The notes: a model not told the origin generated them from the sequence alone. Shown: positions 8,974-19,081, counted from the first letter of the stretch. The stretch: DNA of 64,000 bases from an uncultured bacterium (GCA_963727525.1 CAVSGO010000007.1:1888001-1952000), one strand, 5' to 3'. Made by a program: numbers and translations.

Positions 8974-11900
8974 CTATTTCAGCATGAGCATCCGGCCGAC
9001 GTAGGCGCGGTCCGGGGTTTCCAGACGATAGAGATACACGCCCGATGCGGCCTGCTGGCCGGTGGCGTCGCGACCATCCCATTCCTGCTCCTGCGGCCCC
9101 GGCGCGAGCACACCCGTCTCCAACGTGCGCACGAGGCGCCCCCCGATGTCGAAGACCTGCAACGTCACGGGATGGGCGGCGTCGGCCACGCCGAGATCGA
9201 AACGGATGACGGTGCTCGGATTGAACGGATTGGGATAGTTTCCTGCCAGGCGCGTGGTGCTCGGGACCTGCGTGCCGGATGCCAGGCGGAAGGCACCGAG
9301 ATGATCGGTGGCCGCGAGCACCCAGCCGTCGTCGCTGCAGGAGGGCAACGTGACCCAGGTACCGCCGTCGAGACGTTGCACCACGAGCGACTTGCTGTCG
9401 CCCCGCAGGCGTACGAGCGCAGGTGATTGTAGACTCACACCGGCCGGGCCGAAGGCATACGTTCCCGCCGGCAGATCGGGACGGCCCGAGGCGTCGAAAA
9501 CCGCGAGGTAGCCGCCACCCGTCACTGCGCCACCGGGCAGATCGAGCCGGGCGGCGCCATCCGCGGCGGCGACCGACGTGGGTTCATCGCCGAGTGCGCC
9601 CACCACGAAACGGCGCGTGACCACGTTGAATTCCGTGGTGAGCACCGCCGTCAGGTCCCCGCTCCCGCTCAGCACGTACGACCCGAACCAACTCCCGCCA
9701 CCCTGGTCGGTCAGTTCCACCGGCTCGTCGTCGATCGTGAGCGAGACCGTACCCACGGCCGCGGCCGCGTTCACGGCCAGGTGCAGGTAGCGATCGAGGG
9801 TGGGATTCTGGAAGATGGCGAGTTGCAGGTCCGGCTCCGCCATCTCGGCCAGCACCGTGGTGGCGTAGCCCGGCACGTCGAGGTGGCTGGGCAGACTTGC
9901 CGGACTGACCACGTAGGCGGGGCCCGTCGCCACGGGCGTGGTGCCCGCCTCGTCATCGTCGACGACCACCATCCAGTGGCCGGCCGGCACCAGCACCGAT
10001 GACGGCGATGCGTTCGGATTGTGGATCACCACGAGGTCGCCCCACGTGTCTTGCGGGGTGATGTCATCGAGCCGGTAGGCGACGACGCCGGCGGGGATGC
10101 CGGCCGTGAGCACGTGCTGGTGCGCCAGGATCTCCTCTTTCGAGGCCAGACGCAGTTCCGGCCGCGCCTTGCGCAGGGCAATGAGCCCCTTGGTGTACTC
10201 GTTCACGTCCAGATGCTCGCTCAGGCGCTGCCAGTCGAGCATGTTCACGTCGTCGCCCGCATTGTCACTGTTGCGGATCGACTCCTCCGTCTGATCCGGA
10301 TCGCCGGTGCGCTTGGTGCGCAGGAACTCGCTGCCCGCGTGCAGGAACGGGATGCCCTGCGAGAGCAGCACCATCGACTCGCCGAACTCGTCAATCTGCG
10401 TGAGCACGCCCGGCGCGAGGTGCGGCGGCGGTGTGCTGTTGGGGTTCCAGCGATGGTCGAGCTTGTCCCACCAGGTGTAGTTGTCGTGCGCCGAGATGGC
10501 GTTGATGGTCTCGGTGGGGCCATCGGTGAAGTCGTTGATGGCCCCGTCGATGCCGCGCAGCACGTCCTGCCGCAGGGACGTGACACCCATGGCGAAACCG
10601 CCATCGATACCGTCGGTGGAGCCGCGGATTGCGTTGCGGATGTTGTCGTTGAAGCAGCCGAATCCCAGCCCGCGCTGGTCGCCCTTGCCGGTGAGCGGCG
10701 TGGTGCCAAAGCCGCCCCACGGCTCGCCGTAGATGAGGGCGTACGGATTGATCGCTCTGATCTCCTGCGTGATCTCGGTCATGAGCGGCGTATCGATGAG
10801 TCCCATGAGATCGAAGCGGAAGCCGTCGATGTGGTACTCCTGCGCCCAGTACCTGCAGCTCTGCAGGATGAAGTTGCGCACCATCGGCTTCTCGGTGGCG
10901 ATCTCGTTGCCCACGCCGGAACCGTTGCTGTAGCTGCCATCGTCGTTGAGGCGGTAGTAGTATCGGGGCACCATGGCGTCGAAGAGCGAGCCGGCATACC
11001 CGGTGGCACTCGTGTGATTGTAGACCACGTCCATGATCACCTTGAAGCCGGCCGCATGGAAGCCCTGGATCATCGCCTTCATCTCGCGGATACGCACCCG
11101 GCCATCGTCGGGATCGCTGCTGTAGCTGCCCTCGGGCACGTTGTAGGCGTAGGGATCGTAACCCCAGTTGCGCGACTGGGGATCGTTCTCGTCGACGCTG
11201 GCGAAGTCGAATATGGGCATGATCTGCACCGTATTCACGCCCAGGGAGCGCAGGTGGTCGAAGCCGGTCTCCACGCCATCGTAGGATGTGCCATGCTCCA
11301 CCACGCCAAGGAATCGGTTGCGGTTCGCCTCGGTGCCGTTCCAGCTCGGCGCGCACGTCATGTCGCGCACGTGCAACTCGTAGATGATGGCATCGGCTGG
11401 GGCGATCGGCGCGTACGTATCCGACGCCCATCCCGGCGGATCGGTGTCGGCGAGGTCGATGATCATGCTGCGCTGACTGTTCGACGAGAGGGCGATCGAG
11501 TAGGGATCAGGCGTGAGATACGTCTGCCCATACACCGTCATCTCGTAGAGATAGTAGCGATTGCGCTGGTCGCCCGGCACCGTGACGCTCATGAGGCCGG
11601 TCTGATCGGGACGCGTGAGCGTGGCCACGTCGTCCGGTTCGCCGCTCACCGGGTAGGGATTGTCGTAGATGTGTACCTTCGCCGCGGTGGCCACCGGACT
11701 CCACAGCTTGAAGGTGGTGGACACGGGCGAGTAGGCAGCGCCCAGATCGTCGCCTTCGTAGACGTAGGTGTTTTCGTCAAAGATGTGCAGCACATCCACC
11801 GTATTCCCGCCCACGTCGTCGCTCACGGCGTAAGCACTGGTGACGTCGATGCGTGCGTTCAGGTTGAGCAGCACGGTGCGCGGGAAGGGACTGTTGCGCC

Positions 11901-12438
11901 CGGCGACCCCCTCCTCCACGCCGTCCTTGAAGACGTGGAAGGCGTCGAGTTGCGATGCGTCCTGCGAGAGAGTGAGCGTGATGGTGTTGGCGCCGTTGCT
12001 CTCCGCGGACACGAGGCGCACATCGGGATTCGGCTCGGCGGTGAAAATCTGCGTGATGCCCGAGAGGATCCAGATTTCCGGGTGCGCGTCGTAATCGCCC
12101 CAGGACATGTCGGGACCGGGATCCTGGTTGTCGCCGTTGTGGATGATGAAACCCAGTTCCCGATCGGGGTAAGCGATGGGCACCGCCCAGGAGGCCCCGA
12201 AGTCGTCGGTCTCCGTGGGCGGCAGGGGCGTGGACCAGTCGTACTGACTCCCGTTCACGATGAAGAGTCCGCCCGGCGACGATTCCACCGCATTCCACAG
12301 ATGGATTCCCCACCCGTCGTACACACCATCTTCGCGGTGGTAGTGGATGGTGAGTGTCACGTCGGGCTGCGCCACGGCCGGCAGGGCGATGGCGATCGCG
12401 AGCGTGAGCGGGAGAAATAGGGGCAGACATCGCGTCAT
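8974..12438 (-). CDS. pulA: Type I pullulanase (CBM41-CBM48-GH13) with C-terminal FlgD-Ig/T9SS-type domain
   Basis: Signal peptide from MTRCLPL; 'IHYHREDGVYDGW' (CBM41), 'NWGYDP', 'GFRFDLMG', 'YGEPW', 'AHDNYT'; C-terminal 'NYPNPFNP...WDGRD...ASGVY'. Confidence 0.9.
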   Translation of the reverse strand: MTRCLPLFLPLTLAIAIALPAVAQPDVTLTIHYHREDGVYDGWGIHLWNAVESSPGGLFIVNGSQYDWSTPLPPTETDDFGASWAVPIAYPDRELGFIIHNGDNQDPGPDMSWGDYDAHPEIWILSGITQIFTAEPNPDVRLVSAESNGANTITLTLSQDASQLDAFHVFKDGVEEGVAGRNSPFPRTVLLNLNARIDVTSAYAVSDDVGGNTVDVLHIFDENTYVYEGDDLGAAYSPVSTTFKLWSPVATAAKVHIYDNPYPVSGEPDDVATLTRPDQTGLMSVTVPGDQRNRYYLYEMTVYGQTYLTPDPYSIALSSNSQRSMIIDLADTDPPGWASDTYAPIAPADAIIYELHVRDMTCAPSWNGTEANRNRFLGVVEHGTSYDGVETGFDHLRSLGVNTVQIMPIFDFASVDENDPQSRNWGYDPYAYNVPEGSYSSDPDDGRVRIREMKAMIQGFHAAGFKVIMDVVYNHTSATGYAGSLFDAMVPRYYYRLNDDGSYSNGSGVGNEIATEKPMVRNFILQSCRYWAQEYHIDGFRFDLMGLIDTPLMTEITQEIRAINPYALIYGEPWGGFGTTPLTGKGDQRGLGFGCFNDNIRNAIRGSTDGIDGGFAMGVTSLRQDVLRGIDGAINDFTDGPTETINAISAHDNYTWWDKLDHRWNPNSTPPPHLAPGVLTQIDEFGESMVLLSQGIPFLHAGSEFLRTKRTGDPDQTEESIRNSDNAGDDVNMLDWQRLSEHLDVNEYTKGLIALRKARPELRLASKEEILAHQHVLTAGIPAGVVAYRLDDITPQDTWGDLVVIHNPNASPSSVLVPAGHWMVVVDDDEAGTTPVATGPAYVVSPASLPSHLDVPGYATTVLAEMAEPDLQLAIFQNPTLDRYLHLAVNAAAAVGTVSLTIDDEPVELTDQGGGSWFGSYVLSGSGDLTAVLTTEFNVVTRRFVVGALGDEPTSVAAADGAARLDLPGGAVTGGGYLAVFDASGRPDLPAGTYAFGPAGVSLQSPALVRLRGDSKSLVVQRLDGGTWVTLPSCSDDGWVLAATDHLGAFRLASGTQVPSTTRLAGNYPNPFNPSTVIRFDLGVADAAHPVTLQVFDIGGRLVRTLETGVLAPGPQEQEWDGRDATGQQAASGVYLYRLETPDRAYVGRMLMLK

Positions 12439-12587
12439 GGCGGTCCTCCAGCGGAAGGGCGACGACCGCAAAGCCGGGCGCGCCGGCCAGGACAGGTGTA
12501 GCCGGGAGTGTAAGTCAAAGGCCCGGGGATGGAAAGGGCGGGCCTCCGGGCGCCGGACCGGTTCGTCATCAGGCCGATATCGCCCAG

Positions 12588-12622
12588 AAAAAACCGCCCC
12601 CCGATCAAGGATCGGAGGGCGG
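12588..12622 (-). terminator. Rho-independent terminator downstream of porB
   Basis: Minus strand CCGCCCTCCGATC-CTT-GATCGGGGGGCGG followed by TTTTTT. Confidence 0.8.
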
Positions 12623-12648
12623 CCGCGCACGAGGATATGGAGGTATCG

Positions 12649-13599
12649 CTAGCTGTTCGTCGCTTCCTCGAGCCTTAGCAGATTGGCCCACTGCTGATCG
12701 ATGTATTCCTGGGACCGAGTCAGGATGCCCTCATTGCCTGGTTTGAACAGGTGCTTGAACCGCCCCTGCTGCTTCATCCAGGCCGCGATCGGCGCGCGGT
12801 CCTTGGGCTTGTAGTTGATGGTGTACTTGCCGTTCTCTACCTCGAAGAGTGGCCAGAAATTCGACTCCACCGCTTCCTTGGAGAGCTGGGCGCCGAGGGC
12901 CGAGTCGAAGTGCCAGCCCACGGTGCACGGCATGAGGATGTTCAGGAACGCCGGACCGTCGCAGTTCAGCGCTTTCTCCACCTTGGTGGCCAGGTCCTTC
13001 CAGTGGAAGGGTGTGGTCTGGGCCACGTACGGGATGTTGTGCGCGACCATGATCTTCGTCAGATCCTTGCGATTCTGTTCCTTGCCCTGCTTCACGGTCC
13101 CGGCCGGTGCCGTCGAGGTGTGGGCACCCAGGGGCGTCGCACTCGATCGCTGGATGCCGGTGTTCATGTACGCCTCGTTGTCGTAGCAGACGTACACCAT
13201 GTTGTGCCCGCGCTCCATCGCACCGGAGAGCGACTGCAGGCCGATGTCGTACGTGCCGCCGTCGCCGCCGAAGGCGATGAAGTTCATGTGTTCGGCCTTG
13301 GCCGCCGCCGGCGGCAGTTCGCCGTGCTTCTTGAGCGAGCGATACGCAGTCTCCACGCCGCTGACGGTGGCGGCGCAGTTCTCGAATGCGCTGTGGATGA
13401 AGGACGTCTTCCACGCGGTGTATGGAAAGATGGTGGTGACCACTTCCATGCACCCCGTGGCGCCGCCCATGACCGTGTTGGCGCCCGCGGTCAGCATGAC
13501 CTGGCGCAGGATATTCGAACCCATGCACCCGGCGCACGCCCGGTGGCCTCCGGTCAGGAGGTCCTCGTTCTGCACGAGCTGCTTGAGATTGACAGCCAT
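12649..13599 (-). CDS. porB: Pyruvate:ferredoxin oxidoreductase beta subunit
   Basis: 'GHRACAGC', 'ATGCMEV', TPP motif 'GGDGGTYDIG...DNEAYMNTGIQRS'. Confidence 0.93.
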   Translation of the reverse strand: MAVNLKQLVQNEDLLTGGHRACAGCMGSNILRQVMLTAGANTVMGGATGCMEVVTTIFPYTAWKTSFIHSAFENCAATVSGVETAYRSLKKHGELPPAAAKAEHMNFIAFGGDGGTYDIGLQSLSGAMERGHNMVYVCYDNEAYMNTGIQRSSATPLGAHTSTAPAGTVKQGKEQNRKDLTKIMVAHNIPYVAQTTPFHWKDLATKVEKALNCDGPAFLNILMPCTVGWHFDSALGAQLSKEAVESNFWPLFEVENGKYTINYKPKDRAPIAAWMKQQGRFKHLFKPGNEGILTRSQEYIDQQWANLLRLEEATNS

Positions 13600-13612
13600 C
13601 GGAGCCTCCTCC

Positions 13613-14806
13613 CTACGCCCGGCAGCCGAGCAGGTTGAGGGTGGGCAGTTCCTTGCCTGCGGCGATCTTCCGCAGCGACTCGATCACCTCGGCCGCGTGG
13701 CCGAGTTCGAAGTCGCGGCCGCCGAGGCCGTAGAGCCAGTTGTGTACCGGCGCAGGATTTTTCTCCCCGTAGAGCGCCGAGCGGATCTCGGTGAACACCG
13801 GACCGCCCCAGCCGCCGAAGCTGGCCGAGCGGTCGAGCACCGCGATCGCCTTGCGCCCCGCGAGCACCGGCTTGAGCATCTCGGCCGGGAACGGGCGGAA
13901 CATGCGCAGCTTGAGCATGCCCACCTTGATTCCCTTGGCGCGGTACTCGTCGATGACATCCTTCGCGGTGCCGGCGCTCGAGCCGAGAACGACCATGACC
14001 ATGTCCGCATCGTCCAGGCAGTACTCTTCCCAGAACGAGTAACGACGTCCACTGAGGGCGGCGTACTCGTCGAAGACCTCGCGGGCCACGTCGAACACGC
14101 GCGGATAGGCCTCGAGCTGGCTCCACTTGTGCTCGAAGTAATAGTCGGTAAGGTCCAGCGGTCCCACCGTGATGGGGCTGGCCGGATCAAGCAGCGTGTA
14201 CTTCGCCTTGTACGGGCCGATGAAATCGTAGGCCGCGTCGTCGGGTAGCATGTAGAGTGCGTCTTCCTTGTGGCTGATGATGAAACCGTCGTAGTTCGTC
14301 ATCGCCGGCAGGCGCACATCCATGTGCTCGCCAATACGGAAGTTGATCAGCGCCGTGTCGTAGGCCTCCTGGGCATTCTCGCAGAAGTGGTGGATCCACC
14401 CCGCGTCGCGGCCGCCCATGGAGTCGCTGTGGTCACAGTGGATGTTGATGTTGCCCGACAGCGCGCGGTTCACCAGCGCCATCTGGATGGGCAAGCGCAG
14501 CGACGCGGCGATGTAGACAACCTCCCACATCAGCGCGAAGCCGGCCGAGCTCGTGGCCGTGATCGTGCGCGCGCCGGCGGCGGCGCTCCCCACGGCGGCG
14601 CTCATCGCCGAGTGCTCACTCTCCACCAGGATCATCTCGGTGTTCGCTTCGCCGTTGGCGACGAACTCCGCGAACTTGTGCATCATCTCGGTCTGCGGCG
14701 TGATCGGGAAGGCCGAGGCCACGTGTGGCTTCGCCTGCTTGAAGGCGTAGGCCACCGCCTCGTTTCCCGATAGCGCCGTGAGTTTCTGTTCGATGGTCTT
14801 CATCAT
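13613..14806 (-). CDS. porA: Pyruvate:ferredoxin oxidoreductase alpha subunit
   Basis: 'SGNEAVA', 'AFPITPQT', 'ESEHSAMS', 'TATSS', 'GLGGRD'. Confidence 0.93.
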   Translation of the reverse strand: MMKTIEQKLTALSGNEAVAYAFKQAKPHVASAFPITPQTEMMHKFAEFVANGEANTEMILVESEHSAMSAAVGSAAAGARTITATSSAGFALMWEVVYIAASLRLPIQMALVNRALSGNINIHCDHSDSMGGRDAGWIHHFCENAQEAYDTALINFRIGEHMDVRLPAMTNYDGFIISHKEDALYMLPDDAAYDFIGPYKAKYTLLDPASPITVGPLDLTDYYFEHKWSQLEAYPRVFDVAREVFDEYAALSGRRYSFWEEYCLDDADMVMVVLGSSAGTAKDVIDEYRAKGIKVGMLKLRMFRPFPAEMLKPVLAGRKAIAVLDRSASFGGWGGPVFTEIRSALYGEKNPAPVHNWLYGLGGRDFELGHAAEVIESLRKIAAGKELPTLNLLGCRA

Positions 14807-14817
14807 CGGCGCCTCCC

Positions 14818-15126
14818 CTACTTCTCTTCCCGCACCATGACGAGCGCGGCCCTGCCCTTGCGGGCCGGCGGACACTCGTTGGCGCAAATACCACAGCCCT
14901 TGCAGTGATCCAGATCGATGCCCTTCATCTGCGGCTTCTCGCCGGAGGTATCGACCACGATGGCCGAGTCGGGACAGTAGATCCAGCAGAACAGGCAGTG
15001 AATGCAATTGTCCAGGTAGAACTCTGGCACGTAGGTGCGCCAGTCTCCTGTCTTGAAGGACTCGGCGTTGCCGGGTTCGGTGATGATCCCGGCGTCGGTC
15101 AAGTCCTGGGCGCGTTTCAGGCTCAT
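14818..15126 (-). CDS. porD: Pyruvate:ferredoxin oxidoreductase delta subunit (2x[4Fe-4S])
   Basis: 'KTGDWR', 'CIHCLFCWIYCP', 'CKGCGICANECP'. Confidence 0.93.
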   Translation of the reverse strand: MSLKRAQDLTDAGIITEPGNAESFKTGDWRTYVPEFYLDNCIHCLFCWIYCPDSAIVVDTSGEKPQMKGIDLDHCKGCGICANECPPARKGRAALVMVREEK

Positions 15127-15704
15127 TCCGTCACCAGCTCCTTGTAGGCCCGCTCGACGGCGAGCAGGTTCCCCTGGACGACCGCATTGGAGAACTTGCT
15201 GCTGAACCGCGTGTTCAGCGCGTCCTTCAGCTCGTCGAGGGTCATGAATTCGCGCACGGCTAGGAGCGCGCCGGTCATCGGCATGTTCGGAATCGACTTG
15301 CCGAAGCAGTCCAGTGCGATCTTCGTCGCGTCGACGGTGTACACCTTCGCCCCGGCAACCCCCAGCTTGGCCTTGATCGCAGCCGGGCTCAGCGTGGTGT
15401 TGATGAGGAACACGGTATTGGCATCGGTCCCGGCGGTGACGCCGGCGGCCGGCGAATCCAGCAACGAGGGATCGAGCACGATCACGACCTGCGGATGTTC
15501 GATCCCGCAGTGACGACGGATCGGTGTCTCGGAAATGCGCGTGTAGCCACGCATCGGTGCCCCGCGGCGCTCGGGCCCGTACTCGGGGAATCCCTGACCA
15601 TACTTGCCCTTGGTGAGCACGGCCTGGGCCACGAACATCGCAGCCGTCTTGGCGCCCTGTCCGCCGCGCGCATGCCAGCGAATCTCGACCATCTCAGCAG
15701 CCAT
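15123..15704 (-). CDS. porC: Pyruvate:ferredoxin oxidoreductase gamma subunit
   Basis: 'EIRWHARGGQGAKTA', 'FPEYGPERRGAP'. Confidence 0.92.
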   Translation of the reverse strand: MAAEMVEIRWHARGGQGAKTAAMFVAQAVLTKGKYGQGFPEYGPERRGAPMRGYTRISETPIRRHCGIEHPQVVIVLDPSLLDSPAAGVTAGTDANTVFLINTTLSPAAIKAKLGVAGAKVYTVDATKIALDCFGKSIPNMPMTGALLAVREFMTLDELKDALNTRFSSKFSNAVVQGNLLAVERAYKELVTE

Positions 15705-16007
15705 CGCACGAACTCCTTGTGGCTGGGTGGCGCAACCGATGAAAGGCGAAAGAAGTGTCTTCGTCGGTGTCGCAAACTTAGTGCCCGAACCGGTGCGAAA
15801 CAAGGTTAACCCTTAATAATAAAAGAGGATATGCGTCGTATATTATTCGACTATTTTGGTCGCGATGAGGGCCTCGAATGGTCAGCTACGGATCCAGTGC
15901 GCCACGGGAGTCGCCAGGAATTGCCGCACGGGAATCCCGTCCCCGCCGACGACCAACCTATCTTCGTCTCGAACGACGTCGCGAACGCCGCGAAACCTGG
16001 AATGACC

Positions 16008-16044
16008 TTGACCCGCCCCCATTATTTGCACATATTGCCAAATA
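16008..16044 (+). promoter_or_regulatory. Sigma70-like promoter overlapped by putative ArsR operator
   Basis: TTGACC(16008)-N17-CATATT(16031); inverted repeat TATTTG-N10-CAAATA at 16023-16044, about 35 bp upstream of arsR. Confidence 0.6.
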
Positions 16045-16079
16045 CGCAATCACGGGAGATCCGCAACCGAGGAGCGGCC

Positions 16080-16403
16080 ATGCCCACGTCTCCAGGTCCC
16101 GGGCTCGAAGCCCGCGCCGAGGTCTTCAAGGCACTCGGACATCCCACGCGCCTGGCCATTGTCGATATGCTGGCAGTCGGTGAGCGGTGCGTATGCGAAA
16201 TCGATGCGCAGATCGACGCCGACATGTCCACGGTGTCGCGACACCTCGCCGTACTGCGCAATGTGGGGATCCTCTCGAGCGAGAAGCGAGGCAACCAGGT
16301 GTTCTACAGGCTCGAGTGTCCATGCATCACGTCGTTCTACGGCTGCGTCGAGAACGTGATCAACGGCAAGGGACGGACGGTCGTCCTGGAAGCTTCGCGG
16401 TGA
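16080..16403 (+). CDS. arsR: ArsR/SmtB family transcriptional regulator
   Basis: 'VFKALGHPTRL', 'ERCVCEI', 'STVSRHLAVL', C-terminal 'CPC...C'; GGAG RBS. Confidence 0.9.
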   Translation: MPTSPGPGLEARAEVFKALGHPTRLAIVDMLAVGERCVCEIDAQIDADMSTVSRHLAVLRNVGILSSEKRGNQVFYRLECPCITSFYGCVENVINGKGRTVVLEASR

Positions 16404-17683
16404 CCTGGCGGCGCGAGGCGAAAGCCCTGGCGGTGGGGATCGGCGTCTTCGGGGCCCTGTATTTCCTGCCGGTGGATGCCCCACGCTTCGACGGCGCTGT
16501 GCACGAGGCGCTGGCCCTCACGCGCTGGTACGCGCGCGAGCACGTGCTGCTGTGCCTGGTGCCGGCGTTCTTCATCGCGGGGGCGATCTCCATCTTCGTG
16601 AGCCAGGCGTCGGTGATGCGGTACCTCGGCCCCACAGCGCCGAAGACCACGGCGTATGGCGTGGCCGCGGTGTCGGGTACCGTGCTCGCCGTTTGCTCTT
16701 GCACGGTGCTGCCACTCTTCGCGGGCATCTACGCCATGGGCGCCGGCATCGGCCCCGCGTCCACGTTCCTGTACTCCGGCCCCGCGATCAACGCGCTGGC
16801 CATCATCCTCACCGCCCGCGTGCTGGGCGCAGACATCGGCCTCGCACGCGCGATCGGTGCGGTGGTCTTCAGCGTGGTGATCGGGCTGCTGATGCACCTG
16901 GCGTTCCGGCGCGATCAGCGGGAACGACAGGCGGCGGCGTCGCTGCCCACCGAGGCGGCGCGTCCGCTCTACCAGACCGCGCTGACCTTCCTGGGCATGG
17001 TCGCCATCCTGGTGTTCGCCAACTGGGGTGGCGGTGGCACGGGGATCTTCGCCTCCATCCACGCCCTGAAGTGGTGGCTTGCCGGGGCCGGCGGCATGGG
17101 GCTTGGACTCGCCCTCGTCGTCTGGTACGGGCTGCCGCCATGGAAACCGATCGTGATCGCCGCGGCCGCAAGCGTCGCCAGTGTCTGGCCGGGCGGCCCC
17201 GTCGCCGCGTTCGCCACCGCCGCCGTGGTCTTCGCCTGGGCCATCGCCACCGAGAAGGGCGAGCTGGGCGAGTGGTTCGAAGCGAGCTGGGGCTTCGCCA
17301 AACAGATCCTGCCCCTGCTGCTGGCCGGCGTGCTCGTGGCCGGGCTGATGCTGGGACGCCCCGGTCACGAGGGGCTGATCCCGACGGGCTGGATCGCCCA
17401 CCTCGTGGGTGGCAACTCGCTCGGCGCCAATCTGTTCGCCGCGGTGTCGGGCGCATTCATGTACTTCGCGACGCTGACGGAGGTGCCCATCCTCGAGGGA
17501 CTCATCGGAGCGGGCATGGGCAAGGGGCCGGCCCTGACCCTGCTACTGGCAGGGCCGGCCGTTTCGTTACCGAGCATCCTGGTGTTGCGCACCATCATGG
17601 GCGGCCGCAAGACGCTGGTATTCATTGCGCTGGTCATCGTCCTGTCGGCGGTCACTGGCTTCATCTTCGGTCATCTGGTCTGA
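16400..17683 (+). CDS. ArsP/DUF318-type permease
   Basis: 'AREHVLLCLVPAFFIAGAI', 'LAVCSCTVLPLF', 'FLYSGPAIN', 'MYFATLTEVPI'; GTGA overlap with arsR. Confidence 0.85.
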   Translation: MTWRREAKALAVGIGVFGALYFLPVDAPRFDGAVHEALALTRWYAREHVLLCLVPAFFIAGAISIFVSQASVMRYLGPTAPKTTAYGVAAVSGTVLAVCSCTVLPLFAGIYAMGAGIGPASTFLYSGPAINALAIILTARVLGADIGLARAIGAVVFSVVIGLLMHLAFRRDQRERQAAASLPTEAARPLYQTALTFLGMVAILVFANWGGGGTGIFASIHALKWWLAGAGGMGLGLALVVWYGLPPWKPIVIAAAASVASVWPGGPVAAFATAAVVFAWAIATEKGELGEWFEASWGFAKQILPLLLAGVLVAGLMLGRPGHEGLIPTGWIAHLVGGNSLGANLFAAVSGAFMYFATLTEVPILEGLIGAGMGKGPALTLLLAGPAVSLPSILVLRTIMGGRKTLVFIALVIVLSAVTGFIFGHLV

Positions 17684-17695
17684 GGGAGGCATGCC

Positions 17696-17926
17696 ATGGA
17701 TATCCGGATTCTCGGTACGGGTTGCACCAAGTGTCAAAAGCTCGAGGAAGAGACGCGGCAAGCCGCTGAGGAGATGGGCCTGGAGTGCACCATCGAGAAG
17801 GTTTCCGACCTGCCGAGCATCATGGGTTACGGCGTGATGATCACGCCGGCTCTGGTGGTCGACGGTAAGGTGAAAGTGGCCGGCAAGGTGCCGTCCCGCG
17901 AGGACATCAAGAAGCTGCTCGCGTAG
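17696..17926 (+). CDS. Small redox-active thioredoxin-like protein (MTH895 family)
   Basis: 'ILGTGCTKC', 'YGVMITPALVVDG'; GGAGG RBS. Confidence 0.9.
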   Translation: MDIRILGTGCTKCQKLEEETRQAAEEMGLECTIEKVSDLPSIMGYGVMITPALVVDGKVKVAGKVPSREDIKKLLA

Positions 17927-17947
17927 CGGGAGCATTGGAGGAAACTC

Positions 17948-18379
17948 ATGGCTAGTCGTCGTACGTTACTCCGCCTTGCAACCGCCGTCGTCGTCTGCGG
18001 CGCGGCCATCGCCGTGTACCTGGTGCGTCCCGCTGCCGATGCCAACCAGGCACAGCCGAGCGATACTGCTGACGTGGCGGCCGTCACGTTACCCCGTCTG
18101 CTCGACCTCGGTGCCGACAAATGTGTCCCCTGCAAGATGATGGTGCCGGTTCTGGAAGGGCTGACGCATGACTTTGCCGAGGTCCTTTCGGTGAATTTCA
18201 TCGATGTCTGGAAGAACCCGGCCGCCGCCGAACCCTATGGCATCCGCGTCATCCCGACGCAGATCTTCTTCGCCGCGGACGGCACGGAACTGTTCCGACA
18301 CGAGGGATTCTTCTCGCGCGCGGACATCCTGGCCAAGTGGGGCGAACTCGGCGTGCCTCTCCCCGAACGCGGGGTGTGA
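17948..18379 (+). CDS. Membrane-anchored/exported thioredoxin family protein
   Basis: N-terminal TM; 'DLGADKCVPCKMM', 'IRVIPTQIFF'. Confidence 0.88.
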   Translation: MASRRTLLRLATAVVVCGAAIAVYLVRPAADANQAQPSDTADVAAVTLPRLLDLGADKCVPCKMMVPVLEGLTHDFAEVLSVNFIDVWKNPAAAEPYGIRVIPTQIFFAADGTELFRHEGFFSRADILAKWGELGVPLPERGV

Positions 18380-18382
18380 CCC

Positions 18383-19081
18383 GTGGATCACGTCTTCGCA
18401 AGCCTGACGACGGCTGTCCAGGGCGCCCCCCAGGTCGCCCTCGCCGCGGCAATGGCGTGGGGCGTGCTGAGCATCGTGCTCAGTCCGTGCCACCTGGCCA
18501 GCATCCCTCTGATCGTGGGCTTCATCCAGGGACGCGATGAACAGGCGCCGGCGCGCGCCGCCTGGCTGGCGACCAACTTCGCCACCGGCATCCTCGTGAC
18601 CATCGCCATCGTCGGCGCCGCGACGGCAGCGGCGGGACGGTTGCTGGGCGATGTCGGGACGCTGGGCAATGTGTTCGTGGCCGCGGTTTTCATCGTCGTG
18701 GGGCTCGCGCTCCTGGATATCGTGCCACTCGCGTGGACGGCGCCGCGGACGTCCGGATTGCTCGGGCACGGCGCCGTGGCGGCATTCGTCCTGGGCCTGG
18801 TGTTCGGCATTGCCCTCGGACCGTGCACCTTCGCCTTCCTGGCGCCCATGCTGGCGGTGACATTCGCCGTCGCCGGCGCGACCCCGCTCTACGGGGCGGC
18901 GCTCCTGGCCGCCTACGGGATCGGCCATTGCCTGGTGATCGTGCTCGCCGGTTCGAGCGCCGCCTGGACACAGCGCGTGCTCGACTGGAACGCTGCCTCC
19001 GCCACCGGCAAGCGCCTCAAGCAGACGTGCGGCGTGCTAGTCATCCTGGCGGGACTATTCACGCTGTGGACGGCCCACTAG
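18383..19081 (+). CDS. ccdA: CcdA/DsbD-type cytochrome c biogenesis / disulfide reductase membrane protein
   Basis: 'LSPCHLASIP' and 'LGPCTFAFLAP' Cys pair within 6 TM helices. Confidence 0.85.
   Translation: MDHVFASLTTAVQGAPQVALAAAMAWGVLSIVLSPCHLASIPLIVGFIQGRDEQAPARAAWLATNFATGILVTIAIVGAATAAAGRLLGDVGTLGNVFVAAVFIVVGLALLDIVPLAWTAPRTSGLLGHGAVAAFVLGLVFGIALGPCTFAFLAPMLAVTFAVAGATPLYGAALLAAYGIGHCLVIVLAGSSAAWTQRVLDWNAASATGKRLKQTCGVLVILAGLFTLWTAH

Noticed and set aside
15800-15860. AT-rich patches here and at 56030-56090 as possible foreign DNA
   Set aside because: Short and directly upstream of operons, consistent with ordinary promoter regions
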